DNA of 64,000 nt, taken from positions 608,001-672,000 of the forward strand of contig NZ_JAQNDL010000001.1 of NCBI RefSeq assembly GCF_028368995.1. Direction: 5' to 3'. The notes below the pieces were generated by a model. That model ran no database searches, was not told where the DNA came from, and saw nothing but the letters and a program-made list of their open reading frames with translations. The stretch's first letter is position 1. Each line of letters starts with the position of its first letter. This DNA is from Nannocystis bainbridge (GTDB lineage Bacteria; Myxococcota_A; Polyangia; Nannocystales; Nannocystaceae). This document shows positions 9,786 through 19,715 of the stretch, in pieces. Position numbers and translations under genes: made by a program.

Positions 9786-10379
9786 CTATGCCCCGGACCG
9801 CGACGGCAGCGGCGGGAACAGCGAGGTGCGGGCCTGATAGCAGTGGAAGCAGGCCGGCGCGTAGCTCTCGGCCCCGCCGAGCTGGATCTGCTCGCCCTCG
9901 GTGACCGCCTCGCCGCCGCCGTGGCGGAGGTTGAAGATCGCCTTGCGGTTGCAGAACTGGCAGGTGACCTTGACCTCCTCGATGCTGTCGGCCAGCTCGA
10001 GCAGGCGCCGCGAGCCCTCGAACAGCTCGGTGCGGAAATCGGTGCGCAGGCCGTAGCAGATGACCGGCGGGCCGCCGTGGGTCAGCACCCGCAGCTGCTC
10101 GATGAGCCGCGCGCTCAGGAACTGGGCCTCGTCGACGAGCACGCAGTCGACGCCCACGAATTGGGCGGGGTCGAGGACGCTGTCGCGGTCGAGGAGGATG
10201 TCGGCCGCGGCGTGCAGGCCGGCGCGGGAGGCGATCGCGCCGGCGCCGAAGCGGTCGTCGATCCGCGGCTTCAGCAGCAGCACCCGCTTGCCCTGGCTGC
10301 GGTAATTGTGGGCCACCGCCAGCAAGTTCAGGGTCTTGGCGCTGTCCATGGTGCCGTGACGGAAGTAGAGCTTGGCCAT
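9786..10379 (-). CDS. tdk: Thymidine kinase
   Basis: MAKLYFRHGTMDSAKT P-loop, KPRIDDR, VLVDEAQF, CYGLRTDF, Zn ligands CQFC and CFHC. Confidence 0.95.
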   Translation of the reverse strand: MAKLYFRHGTMDSAKTLNLLAVAHNYRSQGKRVLLLKPRIDDRFGAGAIASRAGLHAAADILLDRDSVLDPAQFVGVDCVLVDEAQFLSARLIEQLRVLTHGGPPVICYGLRTDFRTELFEGSRRLLELADSIEEVKVTCQFCNRKAIFNLRHGGGEAVTEGEQIQLGGAESYAPACFHCYQARTSLFPPLPSRSGA

Positions 10380-10502
10380 GCGGGCGCGTGGATGGTGCCT
10401 CGCCGGGCGCCGCGCTGTAAAGCCGCCGCAAGTCGCGGCGCGCCGCGAAATGTGGCCACCACCCTCCACGGGCCTCGGGCGGGCTGCTAAAGTCGGCGGC
10501 GA

Positions 10503-11726
10503 ATGCCCCTTCAGCTCATGAGCGTCGTCGGCTTCGTCGTCCTGCTCGGCGTCGGCTACGCCCTCAGCCGCGATCGCAAGGCGGTGTCGCTGCGGGTGGT
10601 GCTGTGGGGCGTGGCGCTGCAGTGGATCATCGGCCTGCTGCTGCTCAAGCTGCCGCAGGGCGGCGAGGGCCTGGCCCACGCGGCCAGGGCGGTGCAGGCG
10701 GTGCTCGACCACGCGTTCGTCGGCTCGGGCTTCCTGTTCGGCCCGCTCGGTATGCCCAATGGCGGCGCCACCGGCATCGGCATGATCTTCGCGTTCCAGG
10801 TGCTGCCGACGATCGTGTTCGTCGCGGCGCTGTTCGCGGTGCTCTACTACCTCGGGGTCATGCAGCTGATCGTGCGCGTGCTGGCGCGGGCGATGGTCCA
10901 CGTGTTCGGCGCCAGCGGGGCCGAGTCGCTGTGCATCGCCGCCAGCATCTTCATGGGCCAGACCGAGGCGCCGCTGACGATCCGGCCGTTCCTCAGCAAG
11001 CTGACCGAGTCGGAGCTGTTCACGGTGATCGTCGCCGGCATGGCGTCGGTGTCGGGGGCGATCCTCGGCGCCTACGTGCTGTTCGGCGGGGTGCGGATCG
11101 AGCACCTGCTGACGGCGATGGCGATGACGGCCCCGATCTCGCTGGTGTACGCCAAGCTGGTGGTGCCCGAGACCGGCATCCCCGAGACGGCCGGGATGGT
11201 CCGCGACGCGCCGGTCGAGAACAACCGCAACATCCTCGAGGCGGCCGCCAGCGGCACCAGCGACGGCCTGCGCCTGGCCGCCAACGTCGGCGCGATGCTG
11301 ATCTCGTTCGTCGCCCTGGTGTCGCTGCTGAACGCGGTCGTCGGCCTGATCCCGGCGTTCGGGGCCCCGCTGTCGATCGAGCGCGTGCTCGGCTGGGGCT
11401 TCGCGCCGATCGCCGCGCTGATGGGCATCCCGTGGTCCGAGGCGACCACCGTCGGCGGGGTGCTCGGCACGCGCATGGCGGTCAACGAGATCGTGGCGTT
11501 CCAGCAGCTGCACGCGGCCGCCGGGCTCGACCCGCGCACCGTGGCGATCGCGACCTTCGCGGTGTGCGGGTTCGCCAACCTGTCGAGCATCGGCATCCAG
11601 ATCGGCGGGCTCGGGGCGCTGGTGCCCGAGCGCAAGCCCGACATCGCCCGCCTCGGCCTGCTGGCCCTGGTCACCGCCACGCTCGCCAACTTCTCCACCG
11701 CCTGCGTCGCGGGCGCGCTGCTCTGA
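10503..11726 (+). CDS. nupC: NupC/CNT-family nucleoside transporter
   Basis: FAFQVLPTIVF, IFMGQTEAPL, VGAMLISF, NEIVAF, CGFANLSSIGIQIGG. Confidence 0.95.
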   Translation: MPLQLMSVVGFVVLLGVGYALSRDRKAVSLRVVLWGVALQWIIGLLLLKLPQGGEGLAHAARAVQAVLDHAFVGSGFLFGPLGMPNGGATGIGMIFAFQVLPTIVFVAALFAVLYYLGVMQLIVRVLARAMVHVFGASGAESLCIAASIFMGQTEAPLTIRPFLSKLTESELFTVIVAGMASVSGAILGAYVLFGGVRIEHLLTAMAMTAPISLVYAKLVVPETGIPETAGMVRDAPVENNRNILEAAASGTSDGLRLAANVGAMLISFVALVSLLNAVVGLIPAFGAPLSIERVLGWGFAPIAALMGIPWSEATTVGGVLGTRMAVNEIVAFQQLHAAAGLDPRTVAIATFAVCGFANLSSIGIQIGGLGALVPERKPDIARLGLLALVTATLANFSTACVAGALL

Positions 11727-11769
11727 GCCCCGCGCCTCGATCGGGCGAGCAAGCCAGGAACCACAAGAC

Positions 11770-12741
11770 ATGTCCACCGAACTGGTACCGATCCTCGACA
11801 TCCGCCGCTTCGACCGCTCGGACGACCCGCGCGAGCGAGAAGGGTTCGTCCGCGCGCTCAACCACGCCTACCGCGAGATCGGCTTCGTGGCGGTGTCGAA
11901 CCACGGCATCCCCGACGCGGTCATCGCCGACGCCTACCGCGTGATCAAGGAGTTCTTCGAGCTGCCGATCGAGCAGAAGCTGGCCTACCGGGTCGGCAAG
12001 GGCGGCGCCCGCGGCTACACGCCGTTCGGGGTCGAGCACGCCAAGGACAGCCCGGCGGTCGACCTCAAGGAGTTCTGGCACGTCGGCCGCGAGCACGTGG
12101 CGGGCGCGGCGTGGACCAGCCACTACCCTCCCAACATCTGGCCGACCGAGGTCGCCGGGTTCCGCGAGGCGACGTGGGCGCTGTACCAGCAGCTCGAGGC
12201 GCTCGGCGACCGGGTCCTGCGCGCGGTCGCCCTCGGCCTCGGCCTCGACGAGCGCTACTTCGAGGACAAGACCGACCACGGCAACTCGATCCTGCGCCCG
12301 ATCCACTACCCGCCGCTCGCGCCCGGCCGCGGCGACCCCGGCAGCGTCCGCTCCGGCCAGCACGAGGACATCAACCTCATCACCCTGCTCATCGGCTCCG
12401 GCGAGCCCGGGCTCGAGGTGCTGAGCCGCGCCGGCCAGTGGGTGCCGGTGACGACCATCCCCGAGGCGATCGTGGTCAACGTCGGCGACATGCTGCAGCG
12501 CCTCACCAACGACGTGCTGCGCTCGACCACCCACCGCGTGGTCAACCCGCCCTCGCCCTACGCCGAGGTGCCGCGCTACTCGATCCCGTTCTTCCTCCAC
12601 CCCAACTCGGAGTTCTCGATCGAGTCGCTGTCGACCTGCGTCACGCCCGACAACCCGAACCACTACCCGGAGCCGATCACGGCCGACCAGTACCTGACGC
12701 AGCGGCTGATCGAGATCGGGCTGCTCAAGCCGCAGGCGTGA
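11770..12741 (+). CDS. 2-oxoglutarate/Fe(II)-dependent oxygenase (IPNS/DIOX family)
   Basis: GFVAVSNHGI, RGY, HED (HxD), NVGDMLQRLTN, THRV, RYSIPFF. Confidence 0.93.
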   Translation: MSTELVPILDIRRFDRSDDPREREGFVRALNHAYREIGFVAVSNHGIPDAVIADAYRVIKEFFELPIEQKLAYRVGKGGARGYTPFGVEHAKDSPAVDLKEFWHVGREHVAGAAWTSHYPPNIWPTEVAGFREATWALYQQLEALGDRVLRAVALGLGLDERYFEDKTDHGNSILRPIHYPPLAPGRGDPGSVRSGQHEDINLITLLIGSGEPGLEVLSRAGQWVPVTTIPEAIVVNVGDMLQRLTNDVLRSTTHRVVNPPSPYAEVPRYSIPFFLHPNSEFSIESLSTCVTPDNPNHYPEPITADQYLTQRLIEIGLLKPQA

Positions 12742-12762
12742 GCGCTTCGGCGGCGCGCACAG

Positions 12763-12842
12763 TGACCTGGCGCCCGGGACATGTCTGAAGCGACAGGCTC
12801 TTCGGGACCTGCCGCATCGGACATGTCCGCCGGGACAGCCCG
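12763..12842. repeat. 14-bp-phased motif array between convergent genes (6 units, partly degenerate)
   Basis: Units at 12763, 12777 (GGACATGTCT), 12791, 12805, 12819 (GGACATGTCC), 12833, all containing GAC at the same phase. Confidence 0.75.
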
Positions 12843-12844
12843 AC

Positions 12845-13696
12845 TCAGCCGTCCTGCTGGGCGAGGTGTTTGGCCAGGGTCCTCATCACGACCGAGACGC
12901 GGGCGTCCTTGCGCAGGTCGGGGTGGGTCAAGATCCACGCCGGGCGGGTCAGCGGGGCCGTGCTGGCGCGGAACTGCTTGAGCTCGACGAGCTCGGGGTG
13001 CTCGGCGGCCAGGCGCGCGGGCATGAGGTTGAGGCCGACGCCGGCGGCGGTCAGGTCGACGAGCAGGCGCCGCGACGGGGTGGCGAAGGCGATGCGGTCC
13101 TTCGGCACGTGCTCGCGCTCCCACTGGCCGAGCCAGGTGGTGTGGAGCGGGGCGCCGAGCACCAGCCAGCGCGCGTGCTCGGGCTCGGCGGCCAGCGCCC
13201 GCGCGCCGTAGACGCCGAAATGGACCGGGAACAGCTTGCGCCCGACCAGGGTGTTCGGCGGGTCGGCGAGCAGGCCGAGGCCGATCTCGGCCTGGCCCTT
13301 GCGCAGGCTCAGGCCGGCGTCGGAGATGTGCACGTCGACCCGCAGCAGCGGGAAGGCGGCCGCGAGCGCGGCGATCGGCGCGACCAGCAGCGGGCCGAAG
13401 CCGTCGATGGTGGTGACCGTGATGGTGCCGCGCACCTCCTCGCGGCGGTCGCGGGCGCGGCGGGTGATGCCGGCGAGCGTGGCGCTGGTGCTGCGAGCCA
13501 GCGCCGCGAGCTCGCGCCCGGCCGGGGTGATGCCGCGGGTGCGCTCGAGGCAGGCGAACCCGACGGCCTGCTCGAGCGCGGCGATCCGGCGGTAGACGGT
13601 CGAGGCGGCGACGCCGAGGTCGCGGCCGGCCGCCGTCGCCGAGCCGAGGCGCTCGAACGCCTCGAGGAACCGCAGGTCGTCGAGCGAGGTGAGCAT
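12845..13696 (-). CDS. LysR-family transcriptional regulator
   Basis: HTH GSATAAGRDLGVAASTVYRRIAALE, ITPAG, LRKGQAEIGL, WILTHPDLR. Confidence 0.92.
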   Translation of the reverse strand: MLTSLDDLRFLEAFERLGSATAAGRDLGVAASTVYRRIAALEQAVGFACLERTRGITPAGRELAALARSTSATLAGITRRARDRREEVRGTITVTTIDGFGPLLVAPIAALAAAFPLLRVDVHISDAGLSLRKGQAEIGLGLLADPPNTLVGRKLFPVHFGVYGARALAAEPEHARWLVLGAPLHTTWLGQWEREHVPKDRIAFATPSRRLLVDLTAAGVGLNLMPARLAAEHPELVELKQFRASTAPLTRPAWILTHPDLRKDARVSVVMRTLAKHLAQQDG

Positions 13697-13709
13697 CCGA
13701 CGCGGCGGC

Positions 13710-14009
13710 TCAGCTCTTGAAGAAGCGCAGCATGCTCTCGATCCAGCCTGGCTTTCCGGTCAGCTGCTCGAGCTCGCCGTCGTCGAGGAACACGCCGTTG
13801 CAGGCGAAGCACTTGTCGACCTTGACGTTGCGGAACTGGACCTCGGCGAGCTCGCTGCCGCACTTGGGGCAGCGCATCCAGTGCAGCCGCTTCTGGCTCT
13901 CGCGCTCGTCCGTCGAGATCTGGGACTGACGGATCTGGACCGCCTCGCGCCGGCGCACCAGGTCCTCGCGCTGCTGCTTCTCCTGCTCGCTCAGAGTTCC
14001 GCTGCTCAT
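13710..14009 (-). CDS. zf-TFIIB-type zinc-ribbon protein
   Basis: MRCPKC...VDKCFACNGVFLDDGELEQL. Confidence 0.85.
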   Translation of the reverse strand: MSSGTLSEQEKQQREDLVRRREAVQIRQSQISTDERESQKRLHWMRCPKCGSELAEVQFRNVKVDKCFACNGVFLDDGELEQLTGKPGWIESMLRFFKS

Positions 14010-14043
14010 CGCGCCCTCCCCGGGCCCCAGCGGCGGCGACCGC

Positions 14044-16455
14044 TCAGGGCGACTTCTTCCCGACCGGCAACAGGTCCCCCGGATCTTCGGGCGGGGGGGT
14101 GTTCTTGCCGGTGTTGTCGTGCTTGGCGAGGTAGTTGCGGGCGGTCTGGTTGCCCGGCTCGACCTCGACGAGCTTGCGGTAGTACTCGACGGCGACGCCG
14201 TGCTTGCCCGCCAGCTCGGCCGCGCGCGCGGCCCCGGCGATCGCCTCGCGGTTGGCGGGCGCCTGGCTGACGGCGCGCTTGAACCACGAGAGCGCGGAGT
14301 CGTGGGTGTTCTTGGCCAGGAAGCCGGTGCCGAGGCACAGGCACAGGTCGAGGTTGCGCGAGCCGCCGAGCTTGTCGTGGGCCTGCAGCAGCAGCTTGAT
14401 GCCGCCGTCGGGGTCGCCGCCGCGGACCTTGTCGCAGCCGGTGGTGATGAGCGTGCTGGTGGCCTCGCCCTCGGGCGACGGCGTGGGGCGCACGATCGGG
14501 CGCGAGCCGGGCTCGCCCGCGGGCTGGATCGGGTCCTCGGGCGGGGCGCCGGCGCCGGCCGGATCGCCGGGCGTCGGCTCCGGCGGCGGCTCGGGCGGCG
14601 GCGGCAAGGTCTCGCCCTTCTCGGCGGCGCTGCGGTCGAGCGCGGCCCGCAGGGCGACCGCGGCCTGCATGTCGCCGACGCGGCCGAGCACGCCGTCGAG
14701 CACCTTGCGGGCGCCCTCGTCGTCGCCGCCGCGCCACAGCGCCAGCGCCAGCAGCGACTGGTGGAGCGCGCTCGGGTTGGGCACGCCCTGCAGCGAGGTG
14801 ATGAGGCCGCTCGGGATCGGGGCCGTGGGGTCGCGCCACAGCGAGGCGCCGACGACCAGCACGCGCAGCTCCGGCGCGGCGCCCTCGGGCGGGGCGTCGA
14901 GCTTGCCCTGGGCCAGGGCCAGCAGCGCCTGCACGCGCGCGGCCTGGGCCGGGTCGGCGCTGGCGCTGGCGGCCTCGACGAGCGCGCCGGCGTCGGCCAG
15001 GTCGGCGTCGACGGCCTGCGGCAGGGCGCGGTCGGCCGGCTCGAGCATGATGGCGATCTGGGCCGACAGCACGCGCAGCAGCATGACCTCGGCCTGCGTC
15101 AGCTTGGCCGCGGCGACGATCGCCGGGTCGCGCTCGGGGTCGTCGACGACGCGCTCGAGGTCGGTGATGGCCTGCCGCGTCTTGGCCAGGCCGAGCGTGC
15201 GGATGGCGTTGCGGGCCGCCGCGAACTCGCTCGGCTCCTGCGCCGGCGGCCGGCCCTCGCCCTTGACGGCCACCACCGGATCGCCGCCGAGGTTGAGCAG
15301 GCGCTCGCGGATGCCGGGCACGCCGAACACGAGGCCGAGCGCGACCAGCACGCCGCAGAGCGCGTAGACGCCGGCCGAGCCCTTGTTCGGGCTCTCGACC
15401 TTGACGATGACGACGTCGGGCGCGCGCGGGCCGTCGGCGATCATCGAGGGACCCTGCGAGTCGAGGATCGGGTTGGAGCTCAGCGTCGAGGTCGGCGGGA
15501 CCGAGATGGCGGCGCCGGCGACGGCGGCGCTGACGGCCGCCGAGGTGGCCGAGCGCTCCTCGCCGACCGGGCGCCGCTCGGACGCCTCGAGCTCCGACGA
15601 GCGCTCGCCGAGCCTGGCTGAAAGTTCAGGTGCGGGCCGCGACGACTCCGAGCCGGACCGCGGCGACTTCTCGCGCGCGGCGCGTTCGCTGGCCCGCTGG
15701 CCCTCGACCCGCTGGACCGCCGCGGCCACGCTCTGGGCCGCGCGCCGGGCCAGGTCGGACACCAGGATCGGCTGGCTGCGCTCGCGGGTGTCGACGTCGC
15801 GCGGGCTGTCCTCGTCCTCGACGCGCGGCATGCTGTCGCTGCTGACCGCCTTGGTGACGGCGTCGAGCATCGACGACACGTTGCCGGTGCGCCGCTGCGA
15901 GCGGGTGGCCCGCGGCGGCGGCGACGGGGTGTCGAACTGCGGCGGCGCCGGCAGCGGGCCGTCGTCGTCGAGCAGCTGCAGCGCCGGCTCGGGCATCTCG
16001 CCGCCGAGGTCGAAGCGGTGGGTCTCTTCGCGGCGCACCGGCGCGGGCTCGTCGACGCCGGTGCCGAAGGTCGGCGGCGGGCCGAGCTCCATCGCCGAGG
16101 GCGCCTCGATCGCGCGGAACATCCGCGACAGGCCCTCTTTGCCGATGAACAGCGGCGAGAACTCCGGGATCTCGCCCAGCTTGAGCCAGAACTGGCCGGT
16201 GTGGGAGATCTGGTCGTCGGGGCGCAGGCGGCCGTCTTCGACCTGCTCGACGATCTCGCGCAGCGTGGGCAGCTCGAACAGGTGCTTCTCGACCGTCGCC
16301 ATGCGCCACGGGCCGCCGCCGGCCTCGGGCTCCGGCTCGGGCTCGGCGTGGAACATGTGACTGCACACCGAGCACCGCAGCGTCACGCCCTCGGGACCGA
16401 CCTGGCTCGGGTCCAGGTCGAACTCGGTGCTGCATTTCGTGCAACGGATAATCAA
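14044..16455 (-). CDS. MJ0042-type zinc-ribbon, transmembrane and TPR protein
   Basis: IRCTKCSTEF...LRCSVCSHMF; one TM helix (YALCGVLVALGLVFGV); C-terminal TPR-like helices; TTG start. Confidence 0.8.
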   Translation of the reverse strand: MIIRCTKCSTEFDLDPSQVGPEGVTLRCSVCSHMFHAEPEPEPEAGGGPWRMATVEKHLFELPTLREIVEQVEDGRLRPDDQISHTGQFWLKLGEIPEFSPLFIGKEGLSRMFRAIEAPSAMELGPPPTFGTGVDEPAPVRREETHRFDLGGEMPEPALQLLDDDGPLPAPPQFDTPSPPPRATRSQRRTGNVSSMLDAVTKAVSSDSMPRVEDEDSPRDVDTRERSQPILVSDLARRAAQSVAAAVQRVEGQRASERAAREKSPRSGSESSRPAPELSARLGERSSELEASERRPVGEERSATSAAVSAAVAGAAISVPPTSTLSSNPILDSQGPSMIADGPRAPDVVIVKVESPNKGSAGVYALCGVLVALGLVFGVPGIRERLLNLGGDPVVAVKGEGRPPAQEPSEFAAARNAIRTLGLAKTRQAITDLERVVDDPERDPAIVAAAKLTQAEVMLLRVLSAQIAIMLEPADRALPQAVDADLADAGALVEAASASADPAQAARVQALLALAQGKLDAPPEGAAPELRVLVVGASLWRDPTAPIPSGLITSLQGVPNPSALHQSLLALALWRGGDDEGARKVLDGVLGRVGDMQAAVALRAALDRSAAEKGETLPPPPEPPPEPTPGDPAGAGAPPEDPIQPAGEPGSRPIVRPTPSPEGEATSTLITTGCDKVRGGDPDGGIKLLLQAHDKLGGSRNLDLCLCLGTGFLAKNTHDSALSWFKRAVSQAPANREAIAGAARAAELAGKHGVAVEYYRKLVEVEPGNQTARNYLAKHDNTGKNTPPPEDPGDLLPVGKKSP

Positions 16456-16508
16456 GGGCTAGCTCGCTGGCGGCACCATAGCACAAAGCAGAAGGGGGCG
16501 GACAGCTG

Positions 16509-16736
16509 TCAGCCGGCGCCCGAACCCGGCGCCACCGACATCACCAGCGAGGCCACCACCGCCACGAGGGACAGCCCGAGGAACGCGGCGAACAGCTTCA
16601 TCGGCAGCGGCGGACGGTACTGCGGCTCGAGCCCGGCTTCGGCCTTGCAACGCGGGCACTGGAGCTCGCCGCCGTCGCCGTCCGTCCCGGCAGGCGCCGT
16701 GATCACGTAGTGGCAGCGGGAGCAGTGGTACTGCAT
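16509..16736 (-). CDS. Small zinc-ribbon membrane protein
   Basis: CSRC...CPRC plus a C-terminal hydrophobic helix. Confidence 0.65.
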   Translation of the reverse strand: MQYHCSRCHYVITAPAGTDGDGGELQCPRCKAEAGLEPQYRPPLPMKLFAAFLGLSLVAVVASLVMSVAPGSGAG

Positions 16737-16904
16737 GGCTCATGGGGTACTCTGGGCCCGCTGTCGTGTCAACCACGGCACGCCTCCCCTGCAGCCCCGA
16801 GCCGCCGGCGGCACGCCGTTCCCGACCGGCTGGCGCTCCCCCGCTCCCCTCCCCGCTCCCCACCCCCACGCTCCCGACCCACGCTCCCCCCACGAACGGG
16901 AACC

Positions 16905-17636
16905 ATGCAAACCCCGGCGAAGGTGCTCCTGATCGAAGACGATGTCCGCCTGGCCGAGCGCACGGCGGAATACCTCCAGGGCCACGAGCTCGCCGTCGAG
17001 GTCGCCGGCGACGGCGAGACCGGGCTCGCTCGCGCCCTCAGCGGCGAGCACGACGTGATCCTGCTCGATCTCATGCTCCCGCGCCTCGACGGCCTCGAGG
17101 TCTGCCGGCGCCTGCGACAGCGATCGGCGCTGCCGGTCATCATGCTGTCGGCGCGCAGCGAGGAGATCGACCGCATCCTCGGCCTCGAGCTCGGCGCCGA
17201 CGACTACCTGCCCAAGCCGTACAGCCCGCGCGAGCTGGTGGCCCGGATCCGGGCGGTGCTGCGGCGGGCGGTGCCGTCGCCGGAGGGGCCGGCCAGCACG
17301 CTGCGCTGCGGCCCGCTGGTGGTCGACCGCGCCCGCCGCCGGGTCGAGGTCGCCGGCGGCGCGTGCGACCTGACGGCCCATCAGTTCGACCTCCTGTGGC
17401 TGCTGCTCGAGGCCCGCGGCCAGGTGCTCTCGCGCGAGCAGCTGTACCAACGTCTGCGCGCGCTGAGGGGCCAGCCGCCCGGCACCTACGACCCCTCCGT
17501 CGACCGCAGCATCGACGTCCAGCTCAGCAAGATCCGCGGCACCCTGGCCGCCGCCGACCCTCACGCCGCGGGCCTCATCCGCACCGTGCGCGGCGTCGGC
17601 TACGTGCTCGACGACTCGCCCGAGGGCCCCGCGTGA
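16905..17636 (+). CDS. OmpR-family response regulator
   Basis: VLLIEDD, LLDLMLP, GADDYLPKP, RSIDVQLSKIR, TVRGVGY. Confidence 0.95.
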   Translation: MQTPAKVLLIEDDVRLAERTAEYLQGHELAVEVAGDGETGLARALSGEHDVILLDLMLPRLDGLEVCRRLRQRSALPVIMLSARSEEIDRILGLELGADDYLPKPYSPRELVARIRAVLRRAVPSPEGPASTLRCGPLVVDRARRRVEVAGGACDLTAHQFDLLWLLLEARGQVLSREQLYQRLRALRGQPPGTYDPSVDRSIDVQLSKIRGTLAAADPHAAGLIRTVRGVGYVLDDSPEGPA

Positions 17637-19045
17637 GCGAGCCGGCCCTGCGGCCCCGCCTGGCCGGCCTGTCCCGCTGGCGCCGCGGCCTGTTCGGCCG
17701 CGTGTTCTTGACCTTCTTCGCCGCCGTACTGGCGTTCGTGGCGCTGGCCTCGATCGTCCAGTTCGCCACCCGCGAGCGCCACGACGCCGGGTGGGTCGAG
17801 ACCACCGACGCCGCGGTCGAGGCCCACAAGCCGGCGCTGCTGGCCGCGCTGGCCGGCGACGGCGACCTCGAGGCCACGGTCGCGACCCTGGCCCGCGCGC
17901 TCGAGCTGCGCCTGGCCCTGCGCGACCTGGACGGCGCCCACCTCGCCGGCGACCGAAGCACGCCGCCGCTGCGCCCGCTGCGGCCGCGCCAGCGCAGTCG
18001 GCTCGAGCGCGGCGCGCCGGTGATGCTGCGCGAGAAGTCGGGCGAGCCGCAGCTGGCGTTCGCTATCGGCGACCGGGCGGTGCTGATCGCCGACACCGGC
18101 GATCACGCCAGCCGGCGCAACCGCAACCTCGCGCTCGGCGTGCTCGGCCTGGTCGGGCTGCTCGGCGCCTCGGCGTGGCTGCTGGCGCGCTCGCTGACGC
18201 GGCGGCTGGCGCTGCTCGAGGACGGCGCGGGCCGCATCGCTCGCGGCGAGCTCGGGCACCGCGTGAAGGTCGACCCACGCGGCGACGAGATCGATCGCCT
18301 GGGCCAGGAGATGAACGACATGGCCTATCAGCTCGGCGAGCTGCTCCGCGGCCAGCGCTCGCTGCTGACCAATGTCTCGCACGAGCTCAAGACCCCGATC
18401 GCCCGCCTGCGCGTGCTCGCCGAGCTGCTGACGGAGCGCGCCGAGACGCTGCCCGAGCACCCGGCGAGCGTGCGGATCCGCCAGGGCGCGCTCGAGCTCG
18501 AGCAGGACCTGAGCGAGCTGGCCACGCTCGTGCAAGACCTGCTGACCTCGGGCCGGCTCGAGCTGTCGGGCCCGCACGCCTCGCCGGTGCAGCGCACGCC
18601 GATCGACCTGGCGCCGTTCCTGGCCCGCCTCGGCGCGCCGGTCGCCGCCGAGGTCGAGGTGACGCCGCCCGAGCTGACGCTGGTCGGCGACCCGCTGCTG
18701 CTCGACCGCCTGATCACCAACCTGCTGAGCAACGCCCGCCGCGCCTGTCCGCAAGGACATGTGTGGCTCACGGCCAACAGCGGCGGCGAAGGCGTCACGA
18801 TCGCGGTCGAGGACGAGGGTTCGGGGATCCCGCCGGCCGAGCGGGCGCGCGTGTTCGAGGCGTTCTACCGCCTCGACGACGCCCGCGCGCGCGACCACGG
18901 CGGCGCCGGCCTCGGACTCTACTTGTGCGCGCAGATCGCTCGCGCCCACGGCGGCACGATCGCCGCCGAGGGCCGCGCGCACGGCTCCGGCGCCCGCCTG
19001 GTGGTCCGCTTGCCGCTCGCTGGCCCGCCCGCGGCCGTGCTATAG
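17633..19045 (+). CDS. HAMP sensor histidine kinase
   Basis: GTGA overlap with the regulator; two TM helices; SHELKTP H-box, NLLSNA, DEGSGI, GAGLGL. Confidence 0.93.
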   Translation: MSEPALRPRLAGLSRWRRGLFGRVFLTFFAAVLAFVALASIVQFATRERHDAGWVETTDAAVEAHKPALLAALAGDGDLEATVATLARALELRLALRDLDGAHLAGDRSTPPLRPLRPRQRSRLERGAPVMLREKSGEPQLAFAIGDRAVLIADTGDHASRRNRNLALGVLGLVGLLGASAWLLARSLTRRLALLEDGAGRIARGELGHRVKVDPRGDEIDRLGQEMNDMAYQLGELLRGQRSLLTNVSHELKTPIARLRVLAELLTERAETLPEHPASVRIRQGALELEQDLSELATLVQDLLTSGRLELSGPHASPVQRTPIDLAPFLARLGAPVAAEVEVTPPELTLVGDPLLLDRLITNLLSNARRACPQGHVWLTANSGGEGVTIAVEDEGSGIPPAERARVFEAFYRLDDARARDHGGAGLGLYLCAQIARAHGGTIAAEGRAHGSGARLVVRLPLAGPPAAVL

Positions 19046-19052
19046 GCGCCGC

Positions 19053-19700
19053 GTGGACAGCTACAAGCAGCGCTTCATCGACCTCCTCGTGCGCCACGAG
19101 GTGCTCCGCTTCGGCGACTTCACGCTGAAGTCGGGGCGCCGCTCGCCCTACTTCATCAACGCCGGCCAGCTGCGCACCGGGGCCGCGATCGCCGGCCTCG
19201 GCGAGGCCTACGCCGAGTGCCTGCAGCGCGAGGGCCTGCAGTGCGACCTGCTGTTCGGGCCGTCGTACAAGGGCGTGCCGCTGGCGGTGGCGACCGCGAT
19301 CGCGCAGGCGCGGGCCGGCAGCGACGTCGCGTTCTGCTTCGACCGCAAGGAGGCCAAGGACCACGGCGAGGGCGGCGTGTTCGTCGGCACCGCCCCGTGG
19401 GACGGCGCCCGCGTGGTCGTCGTCGACGACGTGATCACCTCCGGCAAGTCGATCCACGAGGCCGCCGAGCTGCTGCGCAAGGCCGCGGCGGTGACCGTGG
19501 CCGGGGTCGTGGTCGCCGTCGATCGCATGGAGCGCGGCCGCGGCTCCGTCAGCACCCTGCAGGAGCTGCAGGCCGAGCTCGGCGCGCCCGTGCGGGCGAT
19601 CGTCACCATTCGCGAGATCGCCGCTTACCTCCACCCGCGGGTGATCGACGACGCGCGCCTGCGCGCCATCGAGGGCTACCTCGCCGAGCACGGCGCGTAG
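19053..19700 (+). CDS. pyrE: Orotate phosphoribosyltransferase
   Basis: FGDFTLKSGRRSPYFIN, LFGPSYKGVP, RKEAKDHGEGG, VVVDDVITSG. Confidence 0.96.
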   Translation: MDSYKQRFIDLLVRHEVLRFGDFTLKSGRRSPYFINAGQLRTGAAIAGLGEAYAECLQREGLQCDLLFGPSYKGVPLAVATAIAQARAGSDVAFCFDRKEAKDHGEGGVFVGTAPWDGARVVVVDDVITSGKSIHEAAELLRKAAAVTVAGVVVAVDRMERGRGSVSTLQELQAELGAPVRAIVTIREIAAYLHPRVIDDARLRAIEGYLAEHGA

Positions 19701-19715
19701 TGCTACGGTGAGGCC

